Under the pieces are notes generated by a model. It searched no databases, was not told the DNA's origin, and was given only the letters and a program-made list of their open reading frames with translations. A stretch of 63,635 bases of DNA, counting the filler, from Platydemus manokwari (taxonomy: Eukaryota): assembly GCA_037951405.1 (NCBI GenBank). It is 6 parts of 6 records of this genome, joined end to end, with 100 filler letters (N's around TTAATTAATTAA, not from the genome) between each part and the next. Parts side by side here need not be neighbours in the genome. Positions count along the whole stretch, not along the records: positions 1 to 11,294 come from JBBMOY010789981.1; 5 more parts are not named here. The stretch is one strand, 5' to 3'. This document shows, in pieces, positions 1 to 11,394 of this stretch; position 1 is the first letter of the stretch, and every line of letters begins with the position of its first letter. A program made the translations under genes and the position numbers.

Positions 1-209
1 CTTTTATTGTTACTATTTATATTCTATTTTTATACAGGTGTGAATAATCATTTTTATAAAGTCTCCAAATCATAAAGAATTATATTTATATATCAGAATC
101 AAAGTTATAGAATGACAAATAATTATTCTCAGAATCGTATATGCGAAATATACAGAGAATCTTAAGTAAAAGAATAAATGTGCACAGAATCGAAATCATA
201 AATATTCGA

Positions 210-520
210 AGCAAAGATATTATTGATGGAATTTGATGATGTCTATGATAATTTATTAGCTATGAAGGTAGACATATGGTTAGATAAATCAACTAATATC
301 CAACTCTTAATAGTGCTGAAGCATAGGTGCTCTGTATAAATTATAGTTGTATGTAAATAAAAATAATTGAAGATGAATTACTTTGATTAAGCTTGCGATA
401 TGATATGATAAGATTATCAATATTCTAATAATTATAAATGGTTTTATATTGAAATGTTGACATAACCTGAAGATGACAAACAATCAGTGTTGTTAATTAT
501 TGGTACTCAAACGTGGTGAA
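210..520 (+). pseudogene. Possible D5-like primase/SF3 helicase fragment (decayed, truncated at Walker A)
   Basis: Manual translation gives MEFDDVYDNLLAMKVDIWLDKST (resembles D5_N 'FDxxxxLLxxxNGxxDLxT'). Further on it gives KWFYIEMLT*PEDDKQSVLLIIGTQTW*, resembling the strand leading into the SF3 P-loop. Several stops are present and the match is weak. Confidence 0.35.
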
Positions 521-541
521 AAAAAGGTTAATTAATCAAAA

Positions 542-1360
542 TCAAATGTCATCAAATAATCTTTCGTCAATAAATTGTTTGATTGCGCGAGAGTCGTGGC
601 CATCTAGAATAGTAAGAGTGACATCTTTGGATTCTAAAGGATGAGTCGTCGAGAATAAGCGATCATAGAGATATATCAAATATCTCATGTCAGACTCCTC
701 GTATTCAAATCCATCACTACAAAAACGATCCTTTATTGAATTATAATAAGTTTTTAGGTATATATAATGATCTGCATAAAGCTTGGCTTGTTTTGCTTGT
801 TCACACAATCCATATACAAAGGCAGCTAACTGTTTATCTTTCGAGAGATCTTCTCATATGCACGAAATTTAAAATTAATAATTTCGTCCCAATCAATTGG
901 GTTGGTCTGGCTCATAAATCGAATTCGGTTCCCCGGTAGTTTACTAAATTCATAAGGTATAAATACAGAGATATTCGATTCAAGGCTTCGCTCGATAATA
1001 TAAAATTATCCGAGGGAAGGTGGTTTATCGTATCCAATTTGGTAGTCATGATAAAATGACTTTTAATTAGCCAGATTAGCAAATATATTCTCATATCCAA
1101 ATGGAAGGTTAAAATAATCAATTGTAATATTTAGGTGGTTCCTTACCCAACCATTTAGCAACCAGTTCGCGTACAATATATAAATCATCCGAACCCCATT
1201 CGTATTGATACAAGCCAATATTATAAGATTTACCAACCGATGGAACTCCATCGATAACAAATTGACACCGAGGTAGATTAAACGGTCTCTGTATATCACC
1301 ATATGAATCATCAATCGATTATCGGAATATCAAATCAATAAAAGACGGAATATTGGACAT
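542..1360 (-). pseudogene. Intronless deoxynucleoside kinase (dNK family) pseudogene, virus-like
   Basis: Minus-strand translation across stops and frameshifts gives the dNK motifs in order: P-loop FVIDGVPSVGKS (1226-1252), YIVRELVAKW (EPVxxW equivalent), IIERSLESNISVF (ERS motif, 985-993), ADHYIYLK and the lid region FEYEESDMRYLIYL, ending at the stop at 542-544. ATG at 1358-1360. Confidence 0.7.
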
Positions 1361-1478
1361 ATTAAATAATTCAAACTAATAACTAGTGCATATATACTAT
1401 TTAAATATCGTGTTTATCCGGATATTCCCACCCTAATTTTACATATATAAGACCGATATACTTTATGAAGTTTATATG

Positions 1479-1603
1479 TTTAAAATGTCAACAGGTCAAT
1501 TACTCGCATTTAAATGAATGAATTCGTCGGCCAAGTTTCCAATCCGAGCTACTATCGAATTCATTAATGTAAACGCGAGTAATTGACCTGTTGACATTTT
1601 AAA
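1479..1603. repeat. 48-bp inverted repeat (foldback) with 29-nt spacer
   Basis: 1479-1526 and the reverse complement of 1556-1603 differ at 3 of 48 positions. Both outer ends contain TTAA. Confidence 0.95.
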
Positions 1604-3249
1604 GATTAATTTAGAAAAAGGTCAAATGTTTTTTGAAAACTTTGAGTCGGTTAATTAAATAATAATTCTCTATCGTGTAATATTAATATATTAATATAAA
1701 TAAAATTTGTTCTTGTCTTCAATGTGGTTACTTTGTAATTTTTTGCCAAAAATTTCTGTTATTTTTCTTATTTCTTTGTGCTTTTTATACTATTTTTGTG
1801 TTTATGTCTTCTTCTGATTGGGTGTTTACTAAACTGGTTATTTATTTTCTTTCTTAACCAAGTAGCCATAAAAATGGGTTAGGTTGTCATGGAAACTAAT
1901 GACTTGTTTTGACTATTTGTATTTATCTATTTATTTTTCATCATTTATTATTAGTTAATTATTTATTTTATTATTTCTTATTATTTATTTCAACAATTTG
2001 ATTGTTTTAACTGCACTTAAGAAGAGTTTATACATTATTGTAATCAATATCATGAAAATAAAATATAATGGAATTATGTTATTGTAATTAATATAATGAA
2101 TATATAAAATATAATGACATTATTTTTTGAGTACAGTGAATATTGAAAAACAATTGAGAGCAATCGATTTAAATTATTGTTGGGTTTACTTTGTTAATGA
2201 TTTATTAAGAGGCTTAATTTAATTTTGCTTTTCGCGCTTTTACTTTTGTGGGACTGGATATTTCCGTTCTATCCTATTGCAACATGATTTAAGTGTACCG
2301 CTGGTTTTGAAAGAGCTTCAATAATGGGTATTGGTAATTGTTAAGACTGAAAACTAAAGGTTATGTAAATTGCTTTAATTATATTAATGTTAATTAATGA
2401 TGAAAAAGGTGATCTTGTTAATGGTTCTGAAATTATAATATTCACTATCAATAAGTGCTCGCTTAATCTATACTCAGTTAAAACGCTCAAAGTTGGTTTA
2501 AAAATTTATTTAGGAAACAAATCTATTAACAATTAATGAAAATATAACAAAAAAAGTTTATTCAATGTTCAGCGTCTCGCGAAAGTGATTTGCTGAGAAA
2601 TCCGTAAGAGGGCGAAAAAGAGATCAAATATATTTGTAGGGTTGTGGGGCCTATGGCAAGATTTTAATTAGACAGTAATTGCATGAAATTTTAATGTAAA
2701 ACGTTCTTATGAGAATTCAGGGAGATTTTGTGACCAACAGGAATATAACAAAATAATATATAATTTATACCCCAATTAATAATCCCGATAAATAATATTA
2801 ACAAGGCATTAAAATTAAAACCATTAAAATAATCTTATATTAAGTTCACTAATTAAAACAACACTGAGCGAATTTATCCATGAAGTAATCAAGCGGAATA
2901 AGTTATCTCACATGGCGAGTAAAATACCCAGTTAGAATAAATTAATATCCATGCATTAAATAAAAATAAATTACCGTGCATTTAATCGCAGAGAATTTCT
3001 CTATACCACGATAAATTCTAGCACATTAAACATATATGCACTGCATTAAATAAAATTCGCGGACAATTTTTGTGAATGACTCACCACAGCCTATATAATT
3101 ATACGCACTGCACAATAGTTACATAAGAAGAACCAGAACGTAACATTTCAAGATCATTCATTGCCGGGACCGGGACTGGGATATGCCCAGTATATTCTAC
3201 TGGAAGAACAAACTAAGATAATACAATTAAAATTACATATTAATATTTC

Positions 3250-3790
3250 TATCGCACATTCCACCTATTTATCGATCTGAGCTCGGAAAACCCTCTTGAG
3301 AAGGACACTTACCTATTATCAAGAAGGGTCTAGTTTGGTCCACTATCTTCTATCCTGAATTGTATATTAATTTCAACATTTAGGAGTATAAAAGTATTAA
3401 CACTTAATTTTTAATACATATTTTGGTGTTAAAAATTAGTTTTGATATTCATTTAACATTTGACATTCACAAGATTCATGAATTCATTATTAAATAGTTC
3501 ATTATCATTAATCACCTTTTAAAGTTATTCTGGTGCATAATTAAATCAAATCAAATGAGACTGATTTTAAAATCAATAACATTGTTGAGACCATAATTGA
3601 GGTAATAATACGGATTAAGTTAATTAAATCGATTTCTACGCTGTTCCACTTATCTTCATATAAGTTGAGAACGTCGAGGCGAAGCAATATCAAAATACAT
3701 AGGTCTATCTGAGGGTCAAGACAGAACCTGATTTAGTCGTAGGTTTCGATCAAATCCAATAATAATTATTAAAGAAATAAAAGCAGTGAC
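3250..3790 (-). mobile_element. Interspersed repeat family A (probable LTR segment), copy 1
   Basis: Reverse-complement homolog of 8990-9560 and 10145-10730. Shares the block GCTTCGCCTCGACGTTYTCAACTTATATGAAGATAAGTGGAAC and a CCCTTC...TAAGTGTC...CAAG block. Confidence 0.75.
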
Positions 3791-4128
3791 CTCAAAACGT
3801 TACATATGGAAGAAATTAATTACGGCAAATGATATTATGAATAATTAAATATGCCTGAAAATTGGTAAAATTATAAAGTGGGCCTTACTCCGGTCAATTG
3901 ATAAAAGTTCGATAAATTTTCAAAACAAAATGCTCTCGCAAAACAAATATCTTCCGAATGACTACAATATGTAAAAATCTTCTACTGCAAGTGAATATAT
4001 CCTTAACTATGGTTAGCAACTATCGTAATGCGGTCTGAAATTGTGTGATCAAATGTTTGTGTTAATCGTTTTTGTGTCATCTTTTTTGGGTGGGTTTGTG
4101 GTCAGATCAACTATGTATTTATAGTGAT

Positions 4129-4840
4129 TCAAACCCTTGACCACATTTGCTTTCTCAAATAATAGGGTATTCCTTTTGTTCTTATTCGAATTTGGGTGAA
4201 GTCTTGTAAAGCACTATTTATCTTTTGCGTGGTGAGATGAATTGATATTGAAGTGAATGCTTCCAGGGTTATATCTTCATTTGGGTATGTGACTGTGGTA
4301 TCCACTTGAGTGTTTTGAATATTTATCATCGTTGGGGAAAAATCCAATTGTGGCAGCATATCTCTGATCTTGAAGCTTCTTTGCTCTTGGGAAAAGAGAA
4401 TGATCACAACTCTTTTCTTCTGAGAAGATGCTTTGAGATTGTTGAGTAAATCTGTAATATTATTGAATTTCCTTATCCCTATCACAAGGGGTGCTTTCTT
4501 TACAGCCGATTTTATTGCTGAATAGAACCTTCGTAGGTAAAACTGTATTATGGATGCAGTTGGCTTCATTGCTAAATCATAAAAGATTAATTCTGAATAA
4601 ATGAAGGGGTGCCTTACTCTTTTACGTAGTGATCGTGAAGTTTCTGCTTTAAAATTATGATTTTTAGAGGTTCTATAAGCGCTTTTATAGTTCTTAGCCA
4701 CTTGATGGTGATTGGTTATTAATTTACTGGTCTTTTTCATATTGGTTGGGATTTTAGGGGTATTATTTCTATTGGACAAATGATTTTTCTCCATTAGTTT
4801 ATTCATTAGGGATTTTTCAGGGAATTTATTTGCATTCATT
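4129..4840 (-). CDS. Intronless basic ORF of unknown function, probably carried by a mobile element
   Basis: Stop-free for 321 codons (4129-5094), but the 5' third runs through degenerate tandem repeats. A plausible start is MNANKFPEK near 4835. No recognisable domain; flanked by repeat family A. Confidence 0.35.
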
Positions 4841-4856
4841 ATTCTACTCCTTGTTT

Positions 4857-5095
4857 TATATTTACAAAAATTAAATTTCCTATACACACCGATAAAAAGA
4901 TTGTATTGATATTTACAAGAATTGATCCTATTAAATATAATTTTATACACCAAATTTGGATATTTACATAAATTGATTTCTCCTAATTTCCTTAAATAAT
5001 TATTACAACTTTTTATATACAAATTGATTTCATATTGCCATTGGTATTTACAGAATTTGATCAAGTAATTAAAAATTTTACAAAAATTATACAAA
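4857..5095. repeat. Degenerate ~40-50 bp tandem repeats with core ATATTTACA(A/G)AATT
   Basis: The core recurs about 6 times and reads as xCKY on the minus strand. Similar cores occur at 7540-7620. Confidence 0.65.
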
Positions 5096-5509
5096 TTGTT
5101 TTCATCCTATAATTGCTATAAGCTGACTTCCCATACACTAGGGTTGTCCTTACAATATTTTCTATATAATTTATAACTTATGTATATCACCATTATGGTG
5201 GTCAAGCTGGAAACTACTGCTCCTATTATCATTATATTTAGGGTGATTTCATTCTGAGGTTTCACATTGCTCAAAAAGTTTTAATGATGGGCTTTGTCGT
5301 TTCCTTTATAACAGAGGGTTCTAATTTTATTTGTTCTCGATGAATTATGTACTTAGCGTTACTTTTTTCATAATACTAAAAGTACATGTTTATAGGATTC
5401 TTGATATTAACATTCTGGATGATGATTCCTTCGTTTGAATTTATTTAAATTGATGTTCTTTGATATGCACTCTTACTTCAAAACATTTAAGGTCTTCCCA
5501 GATGATTTT

Positions 5510-7125
5510 TATTTTATGTAACAACTTTTCGATAAATATTTTACGGGGAAAAATAGTTAATTATTGACTTAGTTCAATACAGAATAGAAAGTTCTGTGAA
5601 GACAAAATCAATTTATTGTTTAGTCATTTAATGTATTATGATACATTTTAAACTAAAATGATTTTGTGAGATAACAAAAGGCATTTTTAAATATTTTGCT
5701 TATATATAGTTTTATTTTCTTGATACTTCTTTTCAAATTTGTATTTTTACTGAGATAACTTGAAGGCTCTTGTTTATGATTTAATTTATTTTTATCATTG
5801 TGGGTATTCGGTTAATAAACTAAAATATTAAAAAAAGTACACTTTATAGAGCGTATATACTTTTATATTTGTACAGAAAATGGATTGATAAAATGATTGT
5901 TATCCTAAAGAAGACAAATGGTTCCAAAATTTGCTTATCTTAAGACACTGGTTGATTATAATCATGAATAATTATAATTATTGAAAATTTAAATCGTTAA
6001 GAATACCTAATGAAATAAATATAAAAAATGAATTCGACAGTTTAAGTTGCGATCCTAATAGCAACCGAAACTAGTGTCAACAATTGCCTTGTTACAAACT
6101 GAAAGGTCCATCATCTGAGAACTGTGAATGACGACAATTCACTGACCTTTTGTTTTAATGCTCTGACATTATGAATTATGACGTATCTTTTATAGTCATT
6201 TGATTTTTCTTTGTGTATTCACAGCGTCTCGTTTGAAAGTCGATGCTTTTTCCACAGATCACTTTTAAGTGTTCAAGTTTTCATATTTTTCATATTGTAA
6301 ATTTGTATGCGTAAAATTCTTGGCTTTATGATTAAACAGACTGAATTTATGACATTTGATTTTGATAACGCTTACGAGTGCATTGACGATACAATACCGT
6401 GTCTTAGATTCTGCCTTGTGACATCCTGTTTGGTTTATTGTTTGATATATTATTACTATTCTGATTATTCCATTAATTGTTGGTGTTTAATTTTGGGGTT
6501 TACTTCCGTTTAATGGACAAATATGTCCTGCCGTGCTATTGATAATTTGAAGACATATGATTGGCTACTGGAACATGTATTTATTGTACATGTATGTAAC
6601 CCTTTGAAGATTTTTCGACGATTAGATAATCATCCTTAATAGATTTGTCGTAGATAAATTGGAATCGAATTGTTTAAATTACTTTCAAATTCTTTTTATG
6701 GGAAAACAATTGAAAATATTAGAATTATTAATAACGAAAAAAATTGTAAAACTTTAACGTCGCAAATAATTTACTCTCGTTCAAAAATATTTACGGAAGA
6801 TGTCATGCGGTTCACATGCTAGATTCAAGTATATTGTGTGATAAATTTAATTTTATGGGTTTTACAATTTTATAAAATGCAAAATTAGTTATATATAATT
6901 TTATATATAATGGATTAGAAAAATATTTATCAGGTAATTATGAAATACATTATCTAGACACGGCTTGTTTATTGAATTTATTTTTGATAAAAATGAAACT
7001 TTAAGTAATATCATTGATAAAATCAATGATTTTATAGGAAATGAAATATTTCAATTTAAAGATGAAAAACCCAATGAAAATATAAAAATAAGCGATTCAA
7101 TGATACCAAAATTATATCACAAATC
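5510..7125 (+). pseudogene. Maverick/Polinton-type (protein-primed) family-B DNA polymerase relic
   Basis: Motif B ELFKLLSNSFYGKTIENIR (6667-6723), then SKIFTEDVM, CDKFNFMGFTIL*NAKLVIYNFIYN, a motif C remnant EIHYLDT (6951-6962) and FQFKDEKPNENIKISDSMIPKLY. These are collinear with the Maverick pPolB 'KLMNNSVFGKTMENVR...KPIYVGF.IL..SK..MY.F.Y...LYTDTDS...KDE.....FVGLRPKMY'. Weaker exonuclease-region remnants at 5510-6040 (FTGK, SHLMYYDTF, SFYFLDTS, DYNHE). Motif A was not found, and ~6040-6590 looks unrelated. Confidence 0.8.
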
Positions 7126-8989
7126 AGATGGGAAATAATAATCATTGTAAGCGGCTATTTTTATAACGCACGCATTGAAAATTAACTGAAAAGTCACGAC
7201 ACTAAATTATATTTTAATTACAATTATTCAAACAAATAAATATTTTATAAAAATATGATTTAAAATTTTTTAAAATTTCGATTCTTTATAAATCCTCCTA
7301 TGACTCTCTTTAAAATATTTGATATTGAATTCTTAACTATCTATGTATTTATAACGATCAATATTATTATTACTATTTCTAAAACTATTGGTTAAAAATG
7401 ATTTTGCTAGTTGAACATTTGTTGGGTTTTTTATAAATGTTTATTGGCGTTCCTATTAGTTATTTGTTTTGTTACTTTTTTTATTGTTCGAATTTTGAGA
7501 GACTTTTATTGGTTACCCGATAAAAATATTTGTTATTAATATTTACAAAATTTCCCTACCAATATTTCTATTGGTTAATGAATAAGAATATTTATTAGTA
7601 ATATTTACAAAAATTGTTATCCTTTTTTCCACAATAATTTATAATACATCTTTATTCAGGTTTATTATTTTACTTCTCATTTTAAAACATTTTTATATCA
7701 ATAATTGAACCTCTATAATAACAAATATTATAACTCATCGATTAAACAATTAATGGACAAATTGAAATTAATTAAATCGATTAGTTATCGACACTAATAT
7801 TGTTTGTGTTTAAAACTATGTTAGGTTAAGCATATGGAGAATTGTTTGATTCATTTTTGCAGAAATTTAGACCAAAATAAAAAATGAGAATATTTTTTGA
7901 GGTTTATTTTCCTTCTCCTCTTATTGGTATTTTTATCTATTTCTACTCCATTTTTGGATTATTATTTCGCATATTCTTGGTAATTCGTTGGATTTTCTTT
8001 TCTTATTTGTCTTCTTTTCATATTTGAATTTTTTTCAGGTTTTCTAATATATCTTTTGATTTTATTCTTAGTGTCCGTAAATCCAAATATCACCAGTCAT
8101 ACTTTCTTCATAAATCTATTCCAATTAATAGTGCCAATGAAGCTAGCTTATTTTTTTTCCTATTTATTGCTTGTAAATCTTTTTCTACATATATTGATTT
8201 CATCTCATCTGCTGATGGTGGTGGTAGATAATATTTTTATAGACATTTATATGATTTTTCCTTTATTGGTTGACATATAGTTTGTGGTTGGTTCATTTGG
8301 AATGGTATTCATAGGTTGCAAACTACTACTTTCCTTGTCTTCCTGCTGTTTTACCAAGATTAGATACTTAGCTATTGGCGGGCATATAAAATGCATTATT
8401 TTCTCTGACTATCTAAATACGACTCTTAATGGTTTTGCTGAAATTGTCGATGAGAATATTATCTTGATTAATGCGTCTATGCTATATATAATACCAGAAA
8501 AGATTTAAAACATGAAAGAATTATAATCTTCCATATAGACATTATACCATTCCTTTAGTGGGTTTTTTGAGATTATTTGGTGATATTAATGATATTAAGT
8601 GATATCAATATTGATACTTCAATTATCTATCTATGATGCCTCTTAATGCTTTATGCACCATTATAAATTTTTCTATTTGGATTAGAAATATCATGAGTTT
8701 TCTTGCATTTTATGTGTACTTTTAATTACTAAAATTTTGTTATTAAAATATGGAACGTTATAAAACACAAAATTAACTTACAAAAATATCAAATATTAAA
8801 ATTGAACATTATGAAATAGAATATTATGGAACAAATTTGATTTGAAATGAACATAATTAGTTATTGAAATTTCTAAATATAAAAGTTTCGAAAAACAATA
8901 TAAAATATATGTTTAAAAAGCTCCATAAAAAATAATTAGTTGTTGTTTCGGAGTAACTGAGTTTATTCTCTTTATTAATTCTTATTTGA

Positions 8990-9560
8990 CTTAATCGAGT
9001 TCTACGACTTAATCAGTTCTCAAAGTCCGTTTCGATCCTCAGGTAGCATTTTGACTTATGAATATTGATGTTGCTTCGCCTCGACGTTTTCAACTTATAT
9101 GAAGATAAGTGGAACGGTTCAGAAAAAGATTTTAATTCTAGTATTACCTCTATTATCGTCTCAACCTTTTTTATATCAGTCTCTTAATCAAATTGATTAT
9201 CAAATTATTCCCAATGAGGTGATGAGTGATACTGGGATTTATATATGATGAACTTGTGATACCTTATAGTCAAATTGCTGATCAAGAACCAACTCGGTTT
9301 AATATAAAACGTTTGTTGTAATTAGTAAATACATCAATTATTGCGTATGCAATGAAATAAAAATGGCTACAAATTACTACTTTTCTACGTCAATGATGTT
9401 AACTAAATAATTATACACTTAAACGTTGGACAAAACTTCTCAATATATAACTTCAGGATAGCAAGTAGTGTACCAACAAATCCCTTCGTGACTATTGGAT
9501 AAGTGTCCTTTACAAGAGTGTTTTCCGAGCTCGGATCGATAGATAGGAAGAATATACGAT
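8990..9560 (+). mobile_element. Interspersed repeat family A, copy 2
   Basis: Homologous to 3250-3790 (reverse complement) and 10145-10730. Contains the conserved 43-bp block at ~9073-9115 and the palindrome TCCGAGCTCGGA at 9524-9535. Confidence 0.75.
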
Positions 9561-10144
9561 GTAAATAATGTAATATTGATTTACACGAATGTATTCTTTT
9601 GTTAATTTTTGTCTTCCACGGAAATTAGATTATTTCTATACTCTTAATATATTTCTATAAGGCATATACTTGATGGCAGACTTCGGCGCAAACATCGATC
9701 TTCGGTTATTCACATGTAGTTTCTAGTAGTTTCTTATTAAGGATAAAGGTATATGATGTTTTACTGCCTTATATATGGTTGTTGGACTATGACGGAAATA
9801 TTGTGTTTGAATAAAAAATGCGGGCTTAATTTATGCTTCATTGTAATAATTTTTTAGAAATTCAACGGAAATATTTTTCCGAAGCCTTTTGCTATGCGGG
9901 TTTATAAGGGCTTCATTGTTGATGTTATTTTAAATTTCGGGTAAAAAACGGGTAAGAATATGGGTTTAATAATTCAAAATTATATTCACTACACTAAATT
10001 AAGTCCTGATTAAACTTATTTTCTATTTAAATTTGTTTAATTTTAATAATATTAATTTTAGAATTATCATAAAATATTATCAAACTATTTTACGATAACA
10101 AGATTTTATTAAAAAACCAAAATCCTTTAAATTTATTATTTGTA

Positions 10145-10730
10145 ACTTTTTGGGGTCACTACTTTTATTTCTTTAATAATTATTATATCACTTGATCGAT
10201 ATCTAAGTCTTTATCAGTGCTCTGAGTCCGTTTCGACCCTCAGGTTATATTACCTATGTATTTTGATATTGCCTCGCCTCGACGTTCTCAACTTATATGA
10301 AGATAAGTGAAACGGCGTTGAAATCGATTTGATTTTTTTTCTTTTATCCCTATTATTGTTCTTTTACAAGTCTCTATCAGTCTCGATTATTAATTTTATT
10401 AACAAAACTTCCCAAAATAGGTGATGAAAGACACTGAAACTTATGTATAATGAAATTACGATATCCTATGCCAACTGGTAGATTGAAAACCGACTCGATT
10501 TTTATCCTACAAATGTTTATTTTGGATAACAACATACACCAAGTTATAAATTACTACTTTATACAGCAAATTATGTGTTTACAACAATTAAATAAAAGAA
10601 ATAAGTTGATTTTAAACACTACTTCTATACACTCAAATGATGAGATAACTATTCAATGTACAATTCAGGATAGAAGATCGTGGACCAAAAATACCCTTCG
10701 TAATATTGGGTAAGTGTCTGTTTACAAGTG
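10145..10730 (+). mobile_element. Interspersed repeat family A, copy 3 (3'-truncated)
   Basis: Shares GTCCGTTTCGAyCCTCAGG, the 43-bp core (~10271-10313) and CAGGATAG..CCCTTCGT..TAAGTGTC with the other two copies. Confidence 0.75.
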
Positions 10731-11294
10731 TTGGGTTGTGGTAGATGTTTATTTATTTGTTGTTTAAAACAACTCAACAGCGTGAGTTCCCGTTTTTTAT
10801 TTATATTATAACAAAACATACGGAGAAGACAATAAACTTTATTATGATTAAAAAATAGTGTACAGTCAGATAAATTTTTGTTCACACAATTTAACTCGAA
10901 CAAATATTTTATATAAAACAAGTTAGTACGGTTATCTCACCGAGATCGTGAGAACCTTTTATATTTTTCCTTAAAAGTTTATTATATATTTTATTCAATA
11001 TAATTCAACTCCAAAGGGGGATCCTTCAGAGAGTAGTTATAAGTTCAATTTTATTAAGAAGTTAAAAATTATCGATCCGTTACTTTTTCTTAACGTCAGA
11101 TTCTCGCTGTATCAAAATTCTTTATGTCGAAATTTTTAAGAGTGAATTGTGATGGAAATCCCTCAGCTTATATAGATGCTGAAATTCGGTACTTTGTACC
11201 TAGGAATTTCCATCACGCTTATAAATTTTAAACCATTTTTTCACTTTTGATCTTTAATATTTATAATTATAAAAGTTCAAAACCTTAAATATTC

Positions 11295-11394
11295 NNNNNN
11301 NNNNNNNNNNNNNNNNNNNNNNNNNNNNNNNNNNNNNNTTAATTAATTAANNNNNNNNNNNNNNNNNNNNNNNNNNNNNNNNNNNNNNNNNNNN
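11295..11394. other. Artificial contig linker N44-TTAATTAATTAA-N44
   Basis: Exactly 100 nt with a six-frame stop spacer; identical to the four other linkers. Confidence 0.99.

Noticed and set aside
9020-9046. CTGAGGATCGAAAC (minus strand) in repeat family A as a hammerhead core
   Set aside because: Only 2 nt lie between CTGAnGA and GAAA, so there is no stem II, and the other two copies change the core.
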